DNA from: Octopus bimaculoides
Taxonomy: Eukaryota
Direction of reading: 5' to 3'
Assembly: GCF_001194135.2 (NCBI RefSeq)
Contig: NC_068984.1
Coordinates: 71,676,049 to 71,712,190 of the forward strand
DNA length: 36,142 nt
Under the pieces are notes generated by a model that did not search any database, was not told the origin of the DNA, and saw only the letters and a program-made list of their open reading frames with translations. Every line of letters begins with the position of its first letter. The first letter of the stretch is position 1. Below are positions 23,720-34,490 of the stretch, piece after piece. The translations under genes were made by a program, and so were the position numbers.

Positions 23720-24155
23720 CGTTATTTATTTATAATGAAATTCTGCGACGTTGTCGCGAAAACAATACACAATGTCATCTGGTAGAAAGACTGTATTGAA
23801 ATAAATATAGGTATTATTGAATACCTATACAAACATCAACATAAGAAATATTGGTGGAACATCATTATCAAGAAAAAAGTGTATTCACAACAGGCTGGAT
23901 ATTGCTGTTTGGGGTTGACAAGAAAAATTATGTACCGTCATTAAGGTGAGTTGCCCTGCTGATAGGTATAATTCTTGAAAATCAAAGTGAAAGATGATAA
24001 CTATGGAGAACTGCCGCGAATCATCGAAGTACTGAATGCCTGATAAGCAAGAGGGACAAAAATGTTACCAACTTACTCGCAAATTACCAATACACTCTGT
24101 AAGTGCAACAGTACACATTTGCAAGACTTTTCTTCAAGTTGTTTCCATTAGTTAG
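23720..24155 (+). mobile_element. RLE-type (R4/Dong-like) non-LTR retrotransposon, endonuclease and ORF C-terminus
   Basis: Translates to CDVVAKTIHN (decayed RHD motif region), EYLYKHQHKKYWWNI, HNRLDIAVW (HNRPD), KLCTVIKVSCPAD, KVKDDNYGEL and terminal SVSATVHICKTFL...*. Stops and frameshifts present. Confidence 0.8.
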
Positions 24156-24264
24156 ATTCTAACTACTGCGCCCTGCATCTTTGAAAGAAACCAGCTCCTT
24201 TCTCTCAAAACAAATGTAAATAATTAAAACAATAAAAGAACATATATGCATATATACAAACATC

Positions 24265-24867
24265 GAGAGACAATTAGAATTATTCAGCACATTTTGGCAA
24301 AACATGGGTATAGAGTTTGGGCAGGATAAAGGCTCATACATAATAGTCCACATAGGAACTATTGTATAGCAGACAGAGAACGTGTAGATGAAAGGCTTGT
24401 CTATCTCTCCTATCTCTAATGATGAAAACTATAAGTATCTAGGAGTCGATAAAAGTGTTCCATACGTTGTTTCTCTGACTAAAGTCAGAATAGCTTAACA
24501 GTACTTCTGGGGACAACGGAAAATATGGAACTTCGCGTATTCTTCAAAGCCAATCTTTTAGTATCATCGTGACAATTTGGGAGACTTTCCAAATATTATT
24601 TAGATGAATAGATGCGGACAAACACTTCTGCCCGTGCATTGACTGCTTAACCAGTACTCCGACCAGAGAACATATTTATAAACACCGGAAACTCTCCCAA
24701 CTAACAAAAACAGGCCTGTTACGTTGTGAGCGACAGGCTTGAATTTAGATAAAACTCAACGAGTGGTCACCAAGTTGTATTCATTCAGCACAATCGAGGT
24801 GCATTCTTCTGAAAAATGTTTAACCATCGTAGGCGATATTCATCCAAACTCATGCCCGATTAGCTAG
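24265..24867 (+). mobile_element. RLE-type (R4/Dong-like) reverse transcriptase fragment (late RT and thumb)
   Basis: One frame from 24271 reads QLELFSTFWQNMGIEFGQDK...ISPISNDENYKYLGVDKSV...RKIWN with three stops. A later segment reads KCLTIVGDIHPNS. Confidence 0.8.
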
Positions 24868-25314
24868 GGAAAATTTAAACAAAATACAATTAATTAGCAG
24901 TCTACAATATTTGAGAGCGAGATTTGCATCAATATACATATTAAAGGTAGCAGCAACAAATATTGAAGACACCGGATGCATAAAACCCACAATGAGAGGT
25001 GAATGCCGCTGCCATCACATTATGATTAATTTATACACTATATAGAAAATATATACCAGTTTTATATGTTTGACTGTTTCCTTACATACATGTGTGCGCA
25101 AGTATGTACATATACATATTTATTGATAATGATATTTATACAATGATTTTAATATGAAGATTGCTGAAAATTTCACTAGAATTTATGATTTATTTTACTT
25201 ATCTTTGCGTAGTCTATTATCTACCGGAAACGCTAAAGCTGTGGTTGCGATATAAAAACGAATGGAAATAACAAGAAAGTGTAAGGGTCTTTCCTTGTAA
25301 CTCGGAACGTATGA

Positions 25315-25725
25315 AATGTATTCATTCATCATATCACATTTTCGTCGTCCACTTTGTCCTGTGAATATCGTTACGGCAGCGTCATCAAGACTGACTTCCA
25401 TCGGGTCCTATCAGAGAAAATCCTCTCTAAATGATCCACGGGGATCAAGAAGAGACCTACATGCGCTCATGTATGTTATCTGTTCAACCAACGCTTGGTC
25501 TACTCTTGTGTCTCCAGCAGGATGTTTTCCTTTTTTCAGTAAAGCTTATCCAACGATTCATTCTTGAAACATCGTTACCATATGGACGTCGTATGGGAGC
25601 TATGATTTCTCAATTTAAAGATGTCGCGGTTCTATTTGGAGCGGCTCTCTGATCTCCGAGTTATGCACTCTCTGGAATGATGCTACTCCAAACAGCCTAC
25701 GGAGTAACCCATCTCAGCCGAAGTG
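25315..25725 (-). mobile_element. RTE-clade LINE 3' end, 5'-truncated and decayed
   Basis: With frameshifts it reads AEMG(Y)LRRLFGV..RVHNSEIREPLQIEP...IEKS*L...GKHPAG...DRTRWKSVLMTLP, followed by an ATGA-type tail (TGATGAATGAAT). Confidence 0.75.
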
Positions 25726-25931
25726 CTAAACCTACATTAACCAAAACCTAAAACCTGTATTTATGATTAGAAAAATAATGGGAGTACATATAAAAGAAAA
25801 TTTTCATATTACGACGAAAGGAGTAAATCGCTTAAAAAATGACTAGTCTTCGCAGAGCTGAGAAAATTCCGAAATTGGTGAATAATGCGAAACAGAAGTC
25901 CAAAAACAGCAGTATTGTTAGCGGCAATAAA

Positions 25932-26321
25932 TGGTTGGCACTCCTTGGTTACGACGACGAGGGTTCCACTTGATCCGAGCAACGGGACAGCCTGCTCGTG
26001 AAATTAACGTGCAAGTGGCTGAGCACTCCACAGACACGTGTACCCTTAACGTAGTTCTCGGGGAGATTCAGCGTGACACAGAGTGTGACAAGGCTGGCCC
26101 TTTGAAATACAGATACACCAGAAACAGAAAGAAAGAGTGAGAGAAAGTTGTGGTGAAAGAGTACAGCAGGGTTCGCCACCATCCCTTGCCGGAGCCTCGT
26201 AGAGCTTTAGGTGTTTTCGCTCAATAAATACTCACAATGCCCGGTCTAGGAATCGAAACCGCGATCTTACGACCGTGAGTCCGCTGCCCTAACCACTGGG
26301 CCATTTTATTGCCTCCACAGA
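25932..26321 (-). mobile_element. Apparently young full-length tRNA-derived SINE (third family) with a 9-bp TSD
   Basis: A box TGGCCCAGTGG and B box GGTTTCGATTCC on the minus strand. GC-rich central domain contains TTTCACGAGCA. Direct repeat GGCAATAAA at 25923-25931 and 26322-26330. Confidence 0.9.
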
Positions 26322-27392
26322 GGCAATAAAAACGTACATACATTATCGTCCTTTGCAAGCGGTAACAAGAGACGTGTTCAGGTATTAAACACAGGTGCAT
26401 CTCAGAGAAATATATTGCAGCCTAGATTCAAAACTATGAAAACGGGAAACCAGCCTGCTGTAAGTGAAGCGTGGGATAGATGCACAAATATGACATACTT
26501 CGAGACCCGAAGATGGAAGGAGCTATTTATCAACCACCCAAAATATCTCTATCGCCACTTCAAGGAAGAACTCTTGCACACTTCATTAGAAAGCAAGAGC
26601 TTATTTGTTCGAATATTGAGTACTTTTAGCCGGTAATCAGCAGTGGTGTTGCCCATGAAATGTATCACATCATCATAAACCAGCTGCTTAGTCCTCTTTC
26701 ATAGCAGACGTCGGCGAAATTACATGCCCATGTTAACGTATAAATAAACAATTGCTCGCCTTATTTGTAATACTATTCGTAAATGTAATACAATGAACAT
26801 TTCAAGGACATATATAATAATTCTGAACGAATATGCCCGTGATTTAATATAATAAATGGTAGCGTGCTTACTCGACGAAAATCCATAGAAGAGTATCAGC
26901 AAAATGCAAAATAAGAAGAACAACAGGATTTGGATATATAAAGATGAAATTCAATTCAAGCACCTGCTCTTATGTATGAGTCAAGCAAATCATAAATAAC
27001 CAATAAAAAAAACGGCTTTATATTGAGGGATATTAATAGCAAAAATCTAAATTTTTTTCTTTCCTAATTTTTTCATTCATAATTTTTTCATTCATATTTT
27101 TATTCTTACGTTTGTAGAAATAAATATTGTTGTATTTTTCTATTATTCAATTGATTTTTAATGATAATTAAATAAACGTTTTTAGCTTTAAATAGTATAG
27201 CTTCAACTATTACACCGGTTAAATATGTACTAATTTTATCTTCATTATTATTTAAAACTTAAGCTTCGTTCAAATTGTATTTAAAACAAAGATAATTTAA
27301 AACAATGATAATTTATGTAAACTGTTTTTTGTATGTAATATACATGTTATTATAATGGATGAAGGGAGGATTATTGAATGGTTATTATTTTG

Positions 27393-27807
27393 NNNNNNNN
27401 NNNNNNNNNNNNNNNNNNNNNNNNNNNNNNNNNNNNNNNNNNNNNNNNNNNNNNNNNNNNNNNNNNNNNNNNNNNNNNNNNNNNNNNNNNNNNNNNNNNN
27501 NNNNNNNNNNNNNNNNNNNNNNNNNNNNNNNNNNNNNNNNNNNNNNNNNNNNNNNNNNNNNNNNNNNNNNNNNNNNNNNNNNNNNNNNNNNNNNNNNNNN
27601 NNNNNNNNNNNNNNNNNNNNNNNNNNNNNNNNNNNNNNNNNNNNNNNNNNNNNNNNNNNNNNNNNNNNNNNNNNNNNNNNNNNNNNNNNNNNNNNNNNNN
27701 NNNNNNNNNNNNNNNNNNNNNNNNNNNNNNNNNNNNNNNNNNNNNNNNNNNNNNNNNNNNNNNNNNNNNNNNNNNNNNNNNNNNNNNNNNNNNNNNNNNN
27801 NNNNNNN
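27393..27807. other. Assembly gap (415 N)
   Basis: N run followed by (AT)n. Confidence 1.

Positions 27808-27850
<43 letters not shown>
27808..27850. repeat. (AT)n microsatellite
   Basis: Read directly from the sequence. Confidence 0.97.
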
Positions 27851-27851
<1 letters not shown>

Positions 27852-28606
27852 GGTGCGGCATGAGCATTGGCTCTTATTGGAACATAATTATTTACCAATT
27901 ATTCAAAGATAAATTGAAACATTCTGATTCGCAAAAGGATTTGTAAATATTGTATAAGTCTTTCCTAACATTTATGTTTCATTGCTTACCCCGAATTGAA
28001 TGTGTTGGCTCAAACAAAATTTTAACAAGTTACGGTTTTGAAAATGTAAGGTATATAGAATTGTGATGTAAACATGGATTATATAAAGAATTAAGCACTG
28101 TGATAATAACCTTACAAAGATCTAAATATATGTAAAGTATAAATAAGTATAACAATGATGCTGTAGTCCTTCATTAGACAAAATTAAAGCTTGGATTTAT
28201 ATTTATAATGAATAATGTGTTAATGCATGTGCCTCACACTGTACAGACACGCGCGCCCCCCACTACCCCCCCCCACATATATATATATATGTATCAGTGG
28301 ACAAACGAAAGGAAGGTCATTTAACAAATTTATTTAGAGTTACATGTATGGATCAAATCAGTGCAATTCAAATTCGTTGGTGCTCTTGAGATTCAAACGT
28401 ACAGATGCACACGCTCGCATCAATACATGCATGCACGCAATAGCATATGAGCGTCTTTTCACACCCACATATAGAACTATATACTTGCATATGTAACCCA
28501 CTTCCTACTCCCTTGCAACAACCTGACTGATTTCCTAATCACCACGTGGTATATTTTCTGTCTTCGACGTGGTCAATTTCCTTTTCACCATGCAGTATTT
28601 TCCAAC

Positions 28607-29323
28607 TAGCTGTTACCCATATAACCACCTCAGCCCAGGACACCGCGTGACCTTCCCCGACTAATCGCAGCCCACCTTACTGCAATAACATTCAGCTTCT
28701 CTCATTTAAATTCAAAATGGCATCACGCTTGAAACTCAAGTATAGCAACGAATTTTAATCAAACTGTTTTGATCCATACATATACATATATATATATATA
28801 ATTATATACATACATATATATATNNNNNNNNNNNNNNNNNNNNNNNNNNNNNNNNNNNNNNNNNNNNNNNNNNNNNNNNNNNNNNNNNNNNNNNNNNNNN
28901 NNNNNNNNNNNNNNNNNNNNNNNNNNNNNNNNNNNNNNNNNNNNNNNNNNNNNNNNNNNNNNNNNNNNNNNNNNNNNNNNNNNNNNNNNNNNNNNNNNNN
29001 NNNNNNNNNNNNNNNNNNNNNNNNNNNNNNNNNNNNNNNNNNNNNNNNNNNNNNNNNNNNNNNNNNNNNNNNNNNNNNNNNNNNNNNNNNNNNNNNNNNN
29101 NNNNNNNNNNNNNNNNNNNNNNNNNNNNNNNNNNNNTAGCTGTTACCCATATAACCACCTCAGCCCAGGACACCGCGTGACCTTCCCCGACTAATCGCAG
29201 CCCACCTTACTGCAATAACATTCAGCTTCTCTCATTTAAATTCAAAATGGCATCACGCTTGAAACTCAAGTATAGCAACGAATTTTAATCAAACTGTTTT
29301 GATCCATACATATACATATATAT
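28607..29323. repeat. Identical 187-bp direct repeat (28607-28793 and 29137-29323) either side of a gap
   Basis: Base-by-base identity. The second copy starts exactly at the gap edge. Confidence 0.93.
28824..29136. other. Assembly gap (313 N)
   Basis: N run. Confidence 1.
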
Positions 29324-32300
29324 GTTTATGTGTGTATGAGTGTGTGTGGCTGTGGGCGTATGTCTGTTTTTGTGTGTAGAAAGTATACCTGAGATACTTG
29401 ACTATTTAGATGCATTTTAAAATATACCGTAGCGCAAAAAGATTTTCTTATGCATTCGCTATTACCATATCAATCTGCATCTTAATTATTTATTTTAAAT
29501 ATTTAAATAATCCTCCGATAAAACCATTCTGTAATGTTTTTACTGGAGTATTTATATATTTTAATTTATTCTCTCGACATTAGTGTGCAGATTCATGTTA
29601 GAAAACATGTCAACTCTTGCAGCAAGCAAGTGTTGAAGAATTTCTTCCTTCCCTCTTGCCAATTTACTTGTTATAAACTGAGGAGGTCCTTCAATTAGTC
29701 ACCTTTTAGAGTGGAGTTGTTATTTGCATTAATCTAATTTCATAAAGTACAGATTAAATGTACTATACAACCGATTATTTCTAATTTATGCTTTTACAAA
29801 TATTAAATGCCTGCCTTGTTCATTCATTTTTATTGCTCTTATCTTTTCAGTACAATACAGAATAGTTAATATCTTGATCCAAATTAACGAAGTGGAATGA
29901 TTGTTTGTAACGTGCATAGTTGTTTCTTTCAGGATAATACTACTAAGGTATACATGTGCATTTATATGTACATGCGTATTTTCAGATGCATAATCACACA
30001 TTTATGTGGGCTCAGAGGTTGTATTCATTCAAAAATCGCAATAACGGAATCCAAATCAGAACTTCTAATCACATGTGCACACACAGACAGATATATATTA
30101 AACAATATTCTTACATACAATCACTTATATATGACATTTAATAAACTGCTCTCACTAATCAAATATCTCGTCGTATGTAATGTTTTCGTCACATTAATAC
30201 CACTGCACTACAGATATCATTTCTACATTGGCAACATATAAGCTTATTTGCATGTGTCTCTGTTATTAAATTCTTCTGCTTTCAAATATTCTCTCATTTT
30301 AGTACAATATTTATCTGTTTAGACGTGGCACCAATATTTTCAAGGGTGCTATAAAAATATTCAGGTTAGAAGAACATGGTTATTGAATAGTTTGAGAAAA
30401 ACTATGCAGATAATCAGATATTGACCTAATTGGTATAATTATGAGCATGTCCGATAACATTTAGAATATCTTCACTTCACAGTGAATTTCAGAGTGTAAA
30501 TTTACTTTAAAGAAATTGCGAGACATAGCCATAAATTATAGATATAAAATTGGTGTAAGAATTATTTAAAGGAGAAATGTGGGTGGTCGTAACCTCTTCA
30601 ATTGATTTCTTGTGTGAAGCTCATGCGCAGCTAATCTAAAGAGAACTTGTGTCAGAGGTAGCAGTGGCAACGAAGATTTCAAGAAATATATCATAGCTAT
30701 ATTGGCTATACGCTGGAGTGTGATGTGAAGTATATACTCACTGGATGAAAAAATAGTGATCTGAAATGAAAAGGAATAAAAAAAATTGAAAACTGAATGA
30801 AACACAAACCCACAACATATTTCGAAGAACAATTTGTTTTTTAGACGTGGTACATACTAGGTTTTGTAGCAAAAACAAATTTTCTGATTAATATTATAGA
30901 GTAGTTGTTATTCCTGCAATACAGGATATAATTATGAGGAAGATGAAAGATGTTTTTGCGTTCCAGAAATTTAGATCTACTATGTACGGAACACCTCTCA
31001 AATAAAGTTCACACATACACCACCACGAATCTGATTTATATATATAGCTACTGCTCTCAAAATAACAACAGTAGGATCCCAAAATAATTAGTTGCCAGCA
31101 AGTGGAAAAGGTTACAGTAATATGTAAGCGTTAAGAATGCACAATTGTTTCTTTCTTTCTGAACAAATAAAAACTACAACCAAGAATGGAAATATCATAC
31201 ACCGAAGAATATATTTAACGAAGGAAATATTATAGCAGAAAGGGTTGAAAATACGAAACAAAATTTAACTAAAACTGAAAATGTTTTATTAGATATATAG
31301 AGCGAAATCAAAGAATAGGAAATAATTACTCATGAAATTACTTGGGAATGAATGGAATATTTCAAACATAAAAGAAATGCAAGAAGCACTGCATTTAGTC
31401 TATTTAATTGAATTCTAGTTCCTCATCCCGTTTTATGTTAAGCAAATGGCGTCTATCTCTCAAATAGTTTCTCTCCATTTCCCCGTCACCCGAAATTCAA
31501 AACGCCTTCTTACGCTTATATGTAACAAATGAAAAAACAACCAGACATTTACTTCTATACTCATACTATAAATAACTTTTCATTTCTTTTACCATACGGG
31601 TATTTGTGTCTACATCAGAATATGAAGCGTCTATCATGGTATGAAATTAAACGAAACATACTGGGAATATTAAGTACAGGAAATTTATTTAAAGTGAAGT
31701 GTTATTCACTATACATTGCTTCGATGACTCACATCTTAAAGAAAATTGATGTATTTCAGGGTCCATGAACATGTCATACATTAATATAATTGCTTTTAAT
31801 TTGCAATTTAAAAAAAAAGTTCTATTTATGTCCAAATTATACATTATATTCTCTCCGTTACATCTAATTCGAGATTCCCACATCTTTAATTTCAGTTGGA
31901 CTACTGCAATATTTGAAATAGTTGTCAACTATAACTAAAGGGAAAACAACCAAACAAAACATCTGGGGCGTGATGAAAGAATTTAATCAGACGTATAAAT
32001 AACACAGTTGAAACATCGTATATTAAACAAAATAGCTTTGAAAATAGATTTTGAGGCTCAGTTATCTTTTGATTTCGTTTCAAATGTTCATTGAATTTAA
32101 TATTCGTTTCCCGTTAATTATTATTGTAAGTGCTTTATTTTTGTTTGCAGACATGTTTGAAAAAAACATTTCAGTCTATTTATGTTTTACGGATACATTG
32201 CAGATCTCATTTTTAATTCATTCGATCAAAAATGGTATAATACACGTTGATTTAAAAATGCAATACTCAGCTGCTGTCAAAGTCGATATGTATGGTAATG

Positions 32301-32660
32301 AATAAACTTATTTCTTGATAGTGTGGTGCATGCAAATCTAGGAACTCAATACAAAGTTAAATGATGCAGCTACAAATAAGTGAAGTGAATGTTTCTAATA
32401 AAAGTTGAGTGAGTTGATTTATACATTCCTTCAAGTGAATCTGTATCAATCATCTATTTTGATTTGAAGGAATATGTCTTCGAATTCAAGAAATTTGCCT
32501 CAAGAGCAGAAGACAATATGAAGTCATATATATTTGCAAAATGAAATTTGAAATGCAGCGTAGGATTAGTTTATGATATTAATATATTTAAATGAACTCA
32601 TAACAAATACGAGTTAGCAAACATGGTTGTATATACATTTATATACGACACAAGGCCTTT

Positions 32661-32765
32661 GTTGCAAAGTTTTCATCTAAACAAATGTATGCCAAACGAT
32701 GTAGTGTATAGTTTTCACCTAAACAAATTACTGCCAGACGGAGCTCTATTGCAAAGAGTTTTCAG
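32661..32765. repeat. Degenerate 42-bp tandem repeat, two units plus a partial third
   Basis: AGTTTTCA(T/C)CTAAACAAAT..TGCCA(A/G)ACG at 32668 and 32710; partial third unit at 32757. Confidence 0.75.
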
Positions 32766-33694
32766 AATGAATTATGATGTCTTGTTCCAAGACGAAATTG
32801 GTATAAATATAGAATGTAGGGAAGGAGCAATTCAAACGGAGAAACTTTAATGTAAATTGTCCACGAAAATGCCTCCAAATGGATTTCAATGGGCGAAAAG
32901 TTATTCAATATATTATATATCTTAGTTGAGATAACAGAAGCTTTAGTCTTTTTTTTTTATTCAAGATACGATCAAGTGATATTATTTTCGGTGTTACCTT
33001 TGTCGTGAGGCGTGTTCGAATCGCATCTTTAATCTTCTCACTTCCATACTCTTTATAATATATCGTCTCTCATACTTATTTTAATACAGTATTGTTTCTA
33101 CAGGAAAATATTACTTCAGATATTTTCAGCAGCCGTTATTAAAGATGAAATGCCATCATTTGAGAATTAACTACCATCTTAAGAAAATAATTGTTGGCTC
33201 ACTTTTCTAAGAGGGATATTTCAGCAGAAGAAACCTTTCCTTTCATCCATTATATATTGACAGAGGAGGTCGTAATATCGTCCTTTGTGTGGCCGACAAA
33301 GTGGAATTGCAATCGTCATATGTTACGCTAATATTCTGATAAAACTTTTATATAGAGATATAACCGAATTTCAGGTGCTTCTATTAATTCCACAGAATAT
33401 TCGTGACATGAAACTGATAGCTATCCCACAGATTAATTAGAGTGCACATATTTGTGTAATCTTTCAGTTGTTTCTCTTAGCAATAGTTTCACACGATGTC
33501 GACGTGCATTCAGTTTTCAATAATCATGAGTGTCTGGAGTATTCCCAAACAGAATTCAGATCGCCAGTTAAAATAAAAATACCCGCTAGTTTGAAAACAC
33601 GATTTCTGCTGCATCCACTTGTGAGTTACTAAGAGCCATGTCCAACTTTACGTCGATTGGTATCCTATATATATATATATATATATATAATATA

Positions 33695-33704
33695 NNNNNN
33701 NNNN
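33695..33704. other. Assembly gap (10 N) after (TA)n
   Basis: N run. Confidence 1.
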
Positions 33705-33801
33705 AGGACAGGTGGTGTAAATAACAAAAGTATATATTAGTATGACGCTCGGGAATACGGAAAGTCTTTGACGTTTCGAGCTACGCTCTTCAACAGAAAG
33801 A
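33705..33801 (-). mobile_element. Penelope-like pseudo-LTR or short non-autonomous fragment carrying a hammerhead-like motif
   Basis: Minus strand reads TCTTT-CTGTTGA-A-GAGC-GTA-GCTC-GAAAC-GTC-AAAGA. The CTGANGA...CGAAACGT pattern is typical of PLE terminal repeats. Confidence 0.6.
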
Positions 33802-33802
33802 A

Positions 33803-33828
33803 ATATATATATATACATATATGTATAT

Positions 33829-33861
<33 letters not shown>

Positions 33862-33863
33862 GT
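33803..33863. repeat. (TA)n/(TATG)n microsatellite
   Basis: Read directly from the sequence. Confidence 0.9.
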
Positions 33864-34379
33864 ATTGAAATTACTACTTTGTCCCCTGTCACATGAATGA
33901 GACTTTCTATACGCCTGGTTTGACTAAAACATACTAGTGAAATAAATTCACTTTAGTTTATTAAACGCCCGAACATGCTTCCTTCTAACAACAAGCCAAA
34001 TGAAGTTCGGATCAATGTCTGTGTTGACATTATAGAGGAGAATAAGAGACAAGTATCACTAGACTTACTTACAGGGTAACCGAACGACCTCTTTTTCCAG
34101 GTTATCCAATTGAGTGCTGAACATTAATTCCGCCTGTTATCTTTGAAATTTCACATGTCATGTAGCATCATTTTTGCAGGTTCATATTTGCACAACTCTT
34201 ACTTGCTGGGCGCTAGTAAACTGTAGTCCTGTTATTCCTTCAACAATGCATTTAATTTTCTTGTTCTTAAATACTGCACTCTATCGATGCGATCTTACCG
34301 ACTTTAATTTGTCTCCTATGCAATTTGGAGAGTGACCGACTCAAATTATTTGAGCATTATGATGAAACAGCCAGGACTA

Positions 34380-34490
34380 TTATATTAATTATCGGAAAAG
34401 TACGAGATGATAATTTCTGTGGAATTTGACCTCAGAAAATTTAGAATCGAATACAACCTAATATTTCCTACATACATGAGGACACCGCCG
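34380..34490 (-). mobile_element. Possible highly decayed SINE head
   Basis: GTGGAATTTGACCTCAGAA resembles GTGGTATTTGAACTCAAAA of the 10749-10965 SINE. Similarity is weak otherwise. Confidence 0.3.

Noticed and set aside
26235-26305. tRNA-like sequence
   Set aside because: SINE head with A and B boxes but no complete cloverleaf or acceptor stem.
70-26321. Apparent minus-strand bias of retroelements
   Set aside because: Too few elements, and the 16012 SINE and R4/Dong fragments are on the plus strand.
27355-27946. Long ORFs in several frames
   Set aside because: Artefacts of N runs and (TA)n.
28755-29173. ORFs of 123-131 aa
   Set aside because: They span the N gap.
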